From contig JANLFN010000002.1 of assembly GCA_024655885.1 (NCBI GenBank), forward strand, positions 214,179 through 278,178: 64,000 bases of DNA. The letters run 5' to 3'. Shown here piece by piece: positions 1 through 8,104 of this stretch. The notes beneath the pieces were generated by a model that ran no database searches, had not been told where the DNA came from, and saw only the letters and a list, made by a program, of their open reading frames with translations. Source of the stretch: Eubacteriales bacterium (GTDB lineage Bacteria > Bacillota > Clostridia > Acetivibrionales > JANLFN01). Position 1 is the stretch's first letter, and the number at the start of each line of letters is the position of its first letter. The position numbers and the translations under genes were made by a program.

Positions 1-171
1 CTGGGAATCCCCCGAAGAAAGCCAGTCAATGAGCGCTTTTCGGCTGAATCTCCATTCCCTTCCTATTTTCCTTGCAGGCACTTTTTCCTCTTTCAGCAGT
101 TTTATGAATGTTTTAATGCTTACGCCGAAAAGCTCGGCAGCTTCCTCCATGTTCAAAATTTCCTTGTCCAT
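1..171 (-). CDS. 5' part of a helix-turn-helix (excisionase/MerR-like HTH) DNA-binding protein; the gene runs off the left edge
   Basis: Reverse-strand translation from ATG at 171 gives MDKEILNMEEAAELFGVSIKTFIKLLKEEKVPARKIGREWRFSRKALIDWLSSGDSQ... This is the typical excisionase-type HTH pattern (EAAE.LGVS, +PA+KIG, W+F). It is absent from the ORF track because the window truncates it. Confidence 0.55.
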   Translation of the reverse strand, partial: MDKEILNMEEAAELFGVSIKTFIKLLKEEKVPARKIGREWRFSRKALIDWLSSGDSQ

Positions 172-278
172 CCCGCATACCCCGTCTTTTCTGCAGGTAA
201 ATTATACAACAATTAAATTTATTTATCAACATCTATCTGTATATTATATTCAATAAATTTATTATTATATACAATTAT

Positions 279-1109
279 TTAGACTAGACTCCAATTTCGG
301 ATGATCTCTTTAACCAGGGCAACAAATTTATGCTCAACCTCTTTTGCCGTCCGCACAACCTCTTCGTGGTTCAAAGGCTTGTCCAGTATGCCGGCCGCCA
401 TGTTGGTTATGCATGAAATACCAAGGACCCTCATGTTGGCGTGTCTTGCAGCAATAACTTCAGGCACGGTGGACATTCCCACCGCATCGGCGCCCAGTAT
501 TCCAAAAGCCCGGATTTCGGCAGGTGTCTCATACATAGGTCCCTGGGCAAAAGCATAGACCCCTTCTCTTATTTCTATGCCCGTTTTCAATGCCGCCTCT
601 CTGGCCGCATCAAGCAAGCCCCTGTCATACGCCTGCGACATATCCGGGAACCTCACTCCGAATTCGCTCAGATTTTTGCCCCTTAAGGGAGAAGGCGCAA
701 AGAAGCTGATATGGTCTCTGATGAGCATTAGGTCTCCCGGCTTGAAGCTCCGGTTAATGCCTCCTGCTGCGTTTGTAACCAGCAGGTCGTTAATTCCCAC
801 CAGTTTGAACACTCTTGTGGCAAGGACCACTTGGGATATGTCGTAGCCCTCATAGAGATGGAATCTGCCCTTCATGGCAAGAACGGGCTTTCCTCCAATC
901 ACACCCGAAACCAGCTTTCCGGCATGGCCTTCCACCGTTGTCAGCGGGAAGTTGGGAATATCGCCGTAGTCAATTTCATTGGGGTCCTCCATGTCATTGA
1001 CCAGCGAACCCAAACCCGAACCTAGAATGATACCTATTTCAGGCTGTAACCGTATCCTCCCCTTGATGAATTCGGCAGCTTCCACAGCCTTTTTATAATA
1101 TTTATCCAT
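279..1109 (-). CDS. punA: purine nucleoside phosphorylase, trimeric PunA type
   Basis: ORF 279..1145. Motifs IGIILGSGLG, VEGHAGKLV, RFHLYEGY, TNAAGG, GPMYETPAE and GMSTVPE are present. The start was moved to ATG 1109 (MDKYYKKAVEAAEFIK), which aligns with PunA N-termini and has AGGAGG about 11-12 nt upstream. Confidence 0.9.
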   Translation of the reverse strand: MDKYYKKAVEAAEFIKGRIRLQPEIGIILGSGLGSLVNDMEDPNEIDYGDIPNFPLTTVEGHAGKLVSGVIGGKPVLAMKGRFHLYEGYDISQVVLATRVFKLVGINDLLVTNAAGGINRSFKPGDLMLIRDHISFFAPSPLRGKNLSEFGVRFPDMSQAYDRGLLDAAREAALKTGIEIREGVYAFAQGPMYETPAEIRAFGILGADAVGMSTVPEVIAARHANMRVLGISCITNMAAGILDKPLNHEEVVRTAKEVEHKFVALVKEIIRNWSLV

Positions 1110-1494
1110 AATTTTCCTAAACCTCCTATTTTTATTCAATTGCATTTTGCATGTATTTTATCCCTCTATTTAAATTACACCCCACAAACAATCCTTTTGC
1201 TTCCGGCAAAAAAGCATAAAACAGGTTTATATTCCCATGCGCTTTGCAGTCCTCCGCTTGTATCGGTTATCCTGGCATTGCAAAACCACAATCCTTGACT
1301 CTTACATCGTACAATGTCCTCATGTGAATTTTTTCATGTAACATATATAATTATATAATTTTGCAATAGTAATAGCTACATGAATTAGCTTTCATTTTCA
1401 AAATATTATTTTTATTAAAACGAAAAACTATAACTGAATATCAAAGTTTAATAAGGAACAAAACTTTGATGATAAGAAACGAAGGAGGTAGAAT

Positions 1495-1962
1495 ATGGGG
1501 TTTTGGGATTCTCTGTTTAATGCGGAAGTTTTCAGTAAAAAAACAAATGATAAGTATATTCCTTCGGACAAACAGGGTTCCTCTTTAGTACCCAATTTCA
1601 GTGAGGAATTTTCAGAAGAAACGTCTACCGACATTTACGACAACAACTTTGTTTCTTATTCCGATCGAGGGGTTCAGCTGCGAGAGGAAACAAACACCCT
1701 GAGGCTGAACTACAAGGGGATTCTGGCACAAAACAACGCCCCGGAAATCTATGCACGCATCGGATACGGCAACAACCTCAATTGGGAAGATGTAGAGGAA
1801 TATCCCATGCACAACATGGGCGGCAACACCTTCGAACTCATATTCCCTGTTAAACGTTCGGGAAATATCAATATTGCCTTCAGGGACGGTTCAGGCAACT
1901 GGGACAACAACGCCGGCATAAACTACACCTACAACGACCAGTCTTACAGGGGCAGCCATTAA
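1495..1962 (+). CDS. small cytoplasmic protein with a CBM25/CBM53-like (starch/glycogen-binding) module
   Basis: 155-aa ORF with GGAGG 6 nt upstream. The C-terminal 90 aa (LRLNYKG..IYARIGYGNNLNWEDV..FELIFPV..INIAFRDGSGNWDNNAGINYTY) fits the CBM25/53 pattern (Y.G..v.l..G.N.W....m.......f.....v.f.F.dg...WDNN.G.NY). There is no signal peptide. Confidence 0.6.
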   Translation: MGFWDSLFNAEVFSKKTNDKYIPSDKQGSSLVPNFSEEFSEETSTDIYDNNFVSYSDRGVQLREETNTLRLNYKGILAQNNAPEIYARIGYGNNLNWEDVEEYPMHNMGGNTFELIFPVKRSGNINIAFRDGSGNWDNNAGINYTYNDQSYRGSH

Positions 1963-1983
1963 GCTGCCCTTTCCAAACTTCAG

Positions 1984-3375
1984 CTATCCGCTCACCATAG
2001 AAATTTTATTTGATTCATCGCACAGGATCACTTTTTTCTTCTCGTCCACAAAGGTGGCAAGCATTACTTTTCCTCCCCAAACATCTCTTATGTGCTTTAA
2101 AGTCTCATACGCATAGTTTAACTCGATTTCCCTGCCGTCGTACACGTGCTCCAACATCAAGGTGTTATCCTTTTGTACCCATTCCAAGACCCTGATTACA
2201 GGAATTGCTCCCATCCCCGCCGATAACGCCAATGTATCCCTGATCTTTTTCCAGCCCTCTTCATCCGCGATTTCGGATACATAATACTCATTGCCTCTCT
2301 TTACATATTCAAACAGGTTTAAATCCTCACACAATTCCCTGGTCAAATACCGTCTTATGAAGGAATCGTCCCGTTCCATCCGGCGCACCTCCAATATTTT
2401 TCCCGGATTGTCTTCAAACCTGTTTTTCAAGTCTTCAAATATTTTGAACCCCAAATAATACGGGTTTATTTGTCCCTCATAAGGTCTTATGACCTGGTTG
2501 TGCCTTTTTAAAAATTCCAGGTGCAGTCCCTGTGGAAGGTTCAGCTTATTTAAAATATTGTAATGCCAGTAGCTGGCCCAGCCCTCATTCATGATTTTTG
2601 TCTCTATCTGGGGGATAAAGTATTCCGTTTCCTCCCTGACAATGTTGAGCAGGTCCCTCTCCCAGTCTTCCAGCCTGCCATAGGCAGCAATAAATAGAAG
2701 CACGTCCTCCTCCGGTTCAACAGGTATTTTTTTGATATCGGGCAGGGGCGGCTCATCTGCCTTTTTAGGCTCAAGCAGAGGGTAATCCGCTTTTACGGGT
2801 TTCCGTCCCTTTTCAATCAATGCTTTTTTCTTTTCACTTTCAGACAGCCTCTTTTCACCCGGCACCCTTGAAATCTGGAACCTAACCGCATGAGCTGCGT
2901 TTAAAATCCTTTCCACCCTGCCGTATCCTATTCCCGGATCGGCAATATATTCCCTGACCCTGTCCGCATGATTTTTAAACATCTCTACCGTGCAGTCCGC
3001 CCTGGTCCCCTGCCTAAAAAGCCTGTTGTTTTTAAAAAAGTCGTTATGTCCATAGACATGGGCAATTGTAAGTATCTGCAGCAGCAAGGTATTGTCTTTC
3101 ATCAGATACGCAATGCACGGATTGGAGTTGATTACCATTTCATAGGGCAGACCGGACAGGTTATACTTATGGAGCGTTTTAATCCTATCGTAGCTTTTTC
3201 CGTAACTCCAATGAGGGTAATGGGAGGGCATTCCGGTATACGCCTCATAGCCTATCATATCTTCATAGCTTACAATCTCAAATTCCTGATCATAGCAGTC
3301 CAGTCCTGCTTCATGGACCAGTTCTTCAATTCTCCTATTCCACTTTTCAAGATCTTTCAAGCTGTAATCGCTCAT
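1984..3375 (-). CDS. spoVR: SpoVR family protein (stage V sporulation protein R-like)
   Basis: 463 aa. The stretch HYPHWSYGKSYDRIKTLHKYNLSGLPYEMVINSNPCIAYLM...AHVYGHNDFFKNN is the SpoVR signature. RBS AGAGGTG lies 7 nt upstream. It is the third gene of the prkA-yhbH-spoVR triad. Confidence 0.9.
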   Translation of the reverse strand: MSDYSLKDLEKWNRRIEELVHEAGLDCYDQEFEIVSYEDMIGYEAYTGMPSHYPHWSYGKSYDRIKTLHKYNLSGLPYEMVINSNPCIAYLMKDNTLLLQILTIAHVYGHNDFFKNNRLFRQGTRADCTVEMFKNHADRVREYIADPGIGYGRVERILNAAHAVRFQISRVPGEKRLSESEKKKALIEKGRKPVKADYPLLEPKKADEPPLPDIKKIPVEPEEDVLLFIAAYGRLEDWERDLLNIVREETEYFIPQIETKIMNEGWASYWHYNILNKLNLPQGLHLEFLKRHNQVIRPYEGQINPYYLGFKIFEDLKNRFEDNPGKILEVRRMERDDSFIRRYLTRELCEDLNLFEYVKRGNEYYVSEIADEEGWKKIRDTLALSAGMGAIPVIRVLEWVQKDNTLMLEHVYDGREIELNYAYETLKHIRDVWGGKVMLATFVDEKKKVILCDESNKISMVSG

Positions 3376-3411
3376 GCTTCAGCACCTCTGTTCAGCGTTC
3401 ACCAAAAACGT

Positions 3412-4629
3412 TTACTCTCCTTCTTTATCAAGAATTTTTTTTAATGCCGGCAAAATATCCTCCTTTTTGGATAAGGTTATTGCAACAAAATTCCTGTCCT
3501 TGAGGTTTTTCAAATACTCGGTCTTTATAGTGCTTCCATAGGAAGAGTATCCCGGTACAATTTCGCCATATCCGAACAGGTTGCAAACCTTGCACAATTC
3601 CTGCGCCAGCTCTACAGCCCTCTTATTGTCCTCCGTCCAGTTGTCCCCGTCGCTGCAGTGAAACGCATATATATTCCAGTTTGCAGGGTTGTATCTCTGT
3701 TCAATGATTTCCAGCGCTTTTTCGTACCCGCTGCTGATATAAGTTCCGCCCGACTCGCCCTTATGAAAGAATTCATCTTCGCTGACCTCTTTTGCCTTGG
3801 TTGTATGGGCAATAAAGACAACCTCCACGTTGACATATTTTAGCAGTACAAACTGGTATAGAAGGAAATAAAAGCTTCTGGCCATATACTTTTTCGTCTG
3901 GTCCATGGAGCCGGATATATCCATGATGCATATGACCACAGCATTAAAGTTCTTTTTCAAGTCTTCCCTTACCCTCCGGTACCTGAGGTCTTCTTCCATA
4001 AACGGAAACCGTCTGACGGCCTCCCCGGGCTGATGGGGCAAGGAATTCCCTGTTTCATCGTCGGGGCGGTCCATCTCCTGTTCGCCCACATCTCTATGGC
4101 TGCGGTTATACGCCTGCTTGCGTTTAATTTTTTCTATGACCGACTTCCTTTTGGCAAGCCGGGGAGGAATACCCTTCCGCTGGTATCCCACCTTTCTGCG
4201 GTTTACCACCGATTCCAGCTCGGCCAGCTTCCTCCTGTCCATATCCGGCAGGTCCAGGTCGTCATACAGATACCGGATCAGTTCCTCTATGGTGATCTCG
4301 GTTTCATAGATGTCTTCTCCTTCCTGGTTCCCTGCCTGGCCCTTGCCGTCCCTTCCGGGATTCTCTTCTCCCACCTTGTCTCCCCGTTTTTCGCTGCCGT
4401 CGCCCGAACCGACTCCCGGAATGTTCTTCCCGAATATAAACTGGTACTCTTTTATGCTTTTTATAGGAATTTTAATTTTCTTATCCCTGCTCTTCCCTAT
4501 AATGCTCTCCTCGGCAATAATACTTCCTATATTCTTTTTTATGGACTCTTCAACCAATTCCCTGTGCCTGCGCCTGTCCTCCGCCGACCGGTCCTTTCCA
4601 TCTCCGCTGTTTTCCCTGAAAATAGCCAT
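3412..4629 (-). CDS. yhbH: YhbH/DUF444 family sporulation protein (vWA-like)
   Basis: 405 aa with a basic/acidic N-terminus and a C-terminal vWA-like MIDAS motif, IMDISGSMD. It sits between prkA and spoVR as in Bacillus. RBS is GGAGAGGTGAG. Confidence 0.9.
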   Translation of the reverse strand: MAIFRENSGDGKDRSAEDRRRHRELVEESIKKNIGSIIAEESIIGKSRDKKIKIPIKSIKEYQFIFGKNIPGVGSGDGSEKRGDKVGEENPGRDGKGQAGNQEGEDIYETEITIEELIRYLYDDLDLPDMDRRKLAELESVVNRRKVGYQRKGIPPRLAKRKSVIEKIKRKQAYNRSHRDVGEQEMDRPDDETGNSLPHQPGEAVRRFPFMEEDLRYRRVREDLKKNFNAVVICIMDISGSMDQTKKYMARSFYFLLYQFVLLKYVNVEVVFIAHTTKAKEVSEDEFFHKGESGGTYISSGYEKALEIIEQRYNPANWNIYAFHCSDGDNWTEDNKRAVELAQELCKVCNLFGYGEIVPGYSSYGSTIKTEYLKNLKDRNFVAITLSKKEDILPALKKILDKEGE

Positions 4630-4672
4630 AACTCACCTCTCCACCTTCCCCCTCTTCTGTTTCCGGCTCTCT

Positions 4673-6601
4673 TTAGTCCCTCCAGAGGTTGTTGGCGGCA
4701 TATTTCAGCACCACATTGCAGCAGTGGTCGCAGTAGCCGTTTTTCTTCATTTCTTCCACCATGGCGTTGAACTTCTCACTCTGCTCCTTATCCCTCACCC
4801 TGGCCTGGGTTACAATCCTGCTCAGCTCCTTGACCGAAGATGTCAGCTTCTTTTCGATAGCTTCTTTCAGCGGTTCATAGCAGTTGTAGTCAAGTTTTCC
4901 CCCATTGCGCATTACAAAGAACATATAGGCGGTGACATCGGACCGGAAGCCCTTCGAGGCGGACTCGGTGATTCCTATTTGCTCTTCAATGGACCTGAGG
5001 AATTTTTCATCCGGTTCCAGCTCTTCCCCGGTATTCATGTCCTTAATTTTCGTCTTGTTTATGAAGGCTTCCGCGTGGTCAAGATAGTTGTTGAACAAGC
5101 TTTCCGCCTGTTCCCTGTATCCCTGGATGAAGGCCTTTGTAATTTCCTTTTCCAGCATCTTATTGTATTCCTTTCTTACAGAATCCTGTATAAACCTCAA
5201 ATACCTCTCCTTCTCCTCCTGCCCGATTGCCAGCTCTTTTACGAATTTCACAAGGGTTTCCATGACCGAGATGGGGTTGATGCACTCATTCTCGGACTCG
5301 GATAAAGTGGTATCCAGCGCCTTCATAATAAACCGGGTGGATATGCCCGTCATCCCCTCCCTGGATGATTCTTCACGCAGCTCGGATATATCCACTTTCC
5401 TCATGTTGCCCTTTTCCACAATTTCCTCTCCGTTGTAGATTTTCAGCTTTGTCATCAGGTCAACCTTGTTGGATGGCGCAAGCCGGGTGAGAATAGCAAA
5501 CATGGATGCAACTTCTATGGTGTGGGGAGATATGTGCGCTTTAAATTTGCTCTTCTTGAGAATCTTTTCGTATATTTTTACCTCTTCATTGAGTTCCAGG
5601 CAGTAAGGCACTTCAATTTTTACTATCCTGTCCAGAATAGCCTCATTGGTATGGTCTGACTTGAACTTGTTCCATTCCGCTTCATTGGAATGGGCGAGAA
5701 TAATTCCGTCAAAATAGATCATGGAACCCTTGCCGGGAGAAGGAATGGATTTTTCCTGGGTCGCTGTAATCATGGTGTGAAGGTATTCGGTTTCATTTTT
5801 AAACACCTCTATAAATTCCACGATACCCCTGTTGCCTACATTAAACGCTCCGTTTAAGGACAAAACCCGTGGATCGTCTTCAGGATAAAGGTCAATTTTA
5901 GAAATGTCCACCGAACCGATAAGCACCGAGGTATCCTGATTATTCGGATCTACCGGCGGCACCACGCCTATGCCTTTCCTTGAACGGACAGAGAAGTTCA
6001 CCGTTTCCACCGGGAATTTTTCATACTCTCCGTTAAACTCATTTTTCAGCCTGTACCGGCAGATGGGACAAAGATCTCCCTCTATTTTTACATTCAGTAT
6101 CTCCTCAAACCGGTTTCTCAAATGCTTGGGTACCAGGTGAAGGGGTTCTTCCCTCATGGGGCAGCCCTTTAAGGCATATATTGGAGGGCTGTTTTCCAGA
6201 GCCCTTTTTAATGCTTCCATAATCGAGGATTTTCCTGCACCCACAGGCCCGACCAGGTATAAGACCTGCCTTGACTCTTCACCGGACATGGACGCCGAAT
6301 GGAAGTATCTTACTATTTTCATAATGGTTTGATCTATACCGAAAAAATCCTCCTTGAAAAAACTATACTTTTTAATAACGTCATTTCCATATATCCTGCG
6401 GAGTCTTGGGTTCTCGTCCGTATTGACGGTTTCCACACCGGGCCCGGTAATCAGGTTATACATTCTCTGATGAGCCAGCACGGGAATTTCCGGATTTTCT
6501 TTGACCAGGTTCAAGTAATCCAGAAATGTGCCTTCAAAATCAACAGATTTCCTTTCCTCCCTGTCCTTTAGTATTATGCTGGATATATCACTGATTGCCA
6601 T
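4673..6601 (-). CDS. prkA: PrkA family serine protein kinase (AAA+ type)
   Basis: ORF 4673..6631 with Walker A GPVGAGKSS and PrkA N/C domains. The start was moved to ATG 6601 (MAISDISSIILK), which has GGAGG 7 nt upstream. Confidence 0.9.
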   Translation of the reverse strand: MAISDISSIILKDREERKSVDFEGTFLDYLNLVKENPEIPVLAHQRMYNLITGPGVETVNTDENPRLRRIYGNDVIKKYSFFKEDFFGIDQTIMKIVRYFHSASMSGEESRQVLYLVGPVGAGKSSIMEALKRALENSPPIYALKGCPMREEPLHLVPKHLRNRFEEILNVKIEGDLCPICRYRLKNEFNGEYEKFPVETVNFSVRSRKGIGVVPPVDPNNQDTSVLIGSVDISKIDLYPEDDPRVLSLNGAFNVGNRGIVEFIEVFKNETEYLHTMITATQEKSIPSPGKGSMIYFDGIILAHSNEAEWNKFKSDHTNEAILDRIVKIEVPYCLELNEEVKIYEKILKKSKFKAHISPHTIEVASMFAILTRLAPSNKVDLMTKLKIYNGEEIVEKGNMRKVDISELREESSREGMTGISTRFIMKALDTTLSESENECINPISVMETLVKFVKELAIGQEEKERYLRFIQDSVRKEYNKMLEKEITKAFIQGYREQAESLFNNYLDHAEAFINKTKIKDMNTGEELEPDEKFLRSIEEQIGITESASKGFRSDVTAYMFFVMRNGGKLDYNCYEPLKEAIEKKLTSSVKELSRIVTQARVRDKEQSEKFNAMVEEMKKNGYCDHCCNVVLKYAANNLWRD

Positions 6602-6767
6602 GATGATTGCCTCCTTTATTGTTTTGTCCATTCATCGGGACTATAAACATCCCACCTTAGAACTAGCTTTATCGGGCGTTCCAGCCCCTTATGCCCACCG
6701 TTTTCCAGCGGATGCCCCGTAAAAGAGCTCGGTTATAAAAGCGGGGCCCAACAATCGCAGTAGTGTA

Positions 6768-6785
6768 TATTCAATATATTGAATA
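6768..6785. repeat. perfect 18-bp palindrome TATTCAATATATTGAATA (candidate operator)
   Basis: Read directly from the sequence. It lies about 170 nt upstream of prkA in the 500-nt AT-rich divergent region shared with the 7107 gene. Confidence 0.5.
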
Positions 6786-7040
6786 CACAAGAAATTTGTT
6801 TTGCTAAAAAGCACTAATTGCCGTAAGTTCTAAAGCGTGCTGCCTTTAATAGGCTTCAGCTGTTTGTATTACCATAATATTGCAATAATTAGTTTATGTT
6901 GCATAGATAGAAAAAATTAAACTTAACTATAAATATGCATAAATTCTATATTTTGGTATTACTTTTCTATTAAATATCTATTACTGCATATTGTTTATCC
7001 ATCGGCTTTGCCGCATTATCTAATTTTTGGTAACATAAAA

Positions 7041-7069
7041 TTGATTCTTGAATATTATGTAAATATAAT
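7041..7069 (+). promoter_or_regulatory. sigma-A-type promoter (TTGATT - 17 nt - TATAAT)
   Basis: The -35 is at 7041-7046 and the -10 at 7064-7069, about 30 nt upstream of the AAGGAG RBS of the repeat-protein gene. Confidence 0.55.
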
Positions 7070-7106
7070 GGGATTTTGTTAAAAAACTAAAAGGAGTATG
7101 ACTGTT

Positions 7107-7904
7107 ATGGCACCTGATTTTTATTGTCCATTTTTATACTATGACAGGAACATTCAAGGTATGCCTCCCTCGGTACCGGTCGTGCCAAGCCCTGCCCAGC
7201 AGCCCGGAATATCTCCTATGCTGCCGGTGAATCCCGGAATGAACCCCATGATGCCGGTGAACCCCGGAATGAACCCTATGATGCCGGTGAACCCCGGGAT
7301 GAACCCTATGATGCCGGTGAACCCCCTGTACCCGGAAGCAGAAATGCCCATGATGCCTTACATGGGCAATGAGGATGAGAATATGGCGGAAATGGAGGAA
7401 ATGGAATCCCTCATGGATTTCCCCAAGTCTCCCACAGCCAACGACCCTCCTCCTGTTCTGAGCAATAACCCTGCAACAGCAACCATTTCCCTGTTTAAGG
7501 AGCTGACCGCATATCCCAATTACGGAAATCCCAGCGGTAATGCCGACATCCTGTATACAGGAACCCGTGGAGCTTGGACTTTCCAACTTCCCGCATTCCT
7601 GTCTGTTCCAGGCAACCTGAGAGGCCAAATAGTCATCCGTGCCGTACTGGATGACCACACAAGCGTTCCTGTAAACCGCTATTCGGCAAGGATCACGGTA
7701 AACGGGGTTACAGTGCATAACGGGCCGGTTCCTTTGGAACATGGAGCCCCTGCAGGAGGCAGGTTTACAAATTGGAGGAGTCTTACATTCAATATGCCGG
7801 ATATCCGAAGACTCAACAGGGTGGTAATTGTAAATACCTCCACCGCCGGTACGGGCGACTGGATCGGTTTTGATTGGATGGAAATGAGGTTTACACCCAG
7901 GTAA
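7107..7904 (+). CDS. hypothetical protein with a Pro/Met-rich tandem-repeat N-terminal half and a C-terminal beta-rich domain
   Basis: ORF 7098..7904. The second ATG (7107) has better spacing to AAGGAG. It contains MPVNPGMNPM x3.4, then an acidic Met/Glu stretch, then about 150 aa (ATISLFKELTAYPNYGNPSG...GDWIGFDWMEMRFTPR). I do not recognise a family and see no signal peptide. Confidence 0.75.
   Translation: MAPDFYCPFLYYDRNIQGMPPSVPVVPSPAQQPGISPMLPVNPGMNPMMPVNPGMNPMMPVNPGMNPMMPVNPLYPEAEMPMMPYMGNEDENMAEMEEMESLMDFPKSPTANDPPPVLSNNPATATISLFKELTAYPNYGNPSGNADILYTGTRGAWTFQLPAFLSVPGNLRGQIVIRAVLDDHTSVPVNRYSARITVNGVTVHNGPVPLEHGAPAGGRFTNWRSLTFNMPDIRRLNRVVIVNTSTAGTGDWIGFDWMEMRFTPR
7224..7325 (+). repeat. 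30-bp in-frame tandem repeat, about 3.4 copies (ccggtgaaccccggaatgaaccc[c/t]atgatg)
   Basis: Copies start at 7224, 7254 and 7284, with a partial copy at 7314. They differ only at 1-2 synonymous positions. Confidence 0.95.
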
Positions 7905-8030
7905 ACTAAAGCAAACTTATTACGTCTTAAGAATAAAAAAAGTATTAACCCTTTCGGGTTAGCACCCGGCAATTGACGCTTCAGCTTCATGGTTCTGCTT
8001 AAAGCGCAACAACTCTCCTTATTTTAATTT

Positions 8031-8070
8031 GTGGTCCGCACACCCTGAATAAACATGGGTTGCGGACCAC
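8031..8070. terminator. hairpin between convergent genes (10-bp stem GTGGTCCGCA/TGCGGACCAC, 20-nt loop)
   Basis: Read directly. It lies between the stop of the 7107 gene and the stop of the trpB-like gene. There is no clean U-run. Confidence 0.45.
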
Positions 8071-8104
8071 CAGCTACATATGCGTCAATGATAAACCGGT
8101 CTTC

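Noticed and set aside
29-256. 75-aa plus-strand ORF at the left edge
   Set aside because: It is antisense to the HTH gene fragment, has a hydrophobic low-complexity product and has no RBS.
1146-1420. c-di-GMP-I (GEMM) or purine riboswitch in the punA leader, because of GGACUGCAAAGCG and GGGAAUAUAAACC strings
   Set aside because: These are only short partial matches. The paired-helix architecture and the other conserved blocks are missing.
4033-5305. Long plus-strand ORFs (245 and 331 aa) opposite yhbH and prkA
   Set aside because: They are entirely antisense to strongly supported genes. Their products are low-complexity and Leu/Phe/Ser/Pro-rich, with no RBS. These are shadow ORFs.
7134-7742. 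His/Arg-rich 202-aa minus-strand ORF with its own repeats (HRHHRVHPGV)
   Set aside because: It is the antisense reading of the 30-bp repeat. The plus-strand frame has an RBS, a promoter and a non-repetitive C-terminal domain.
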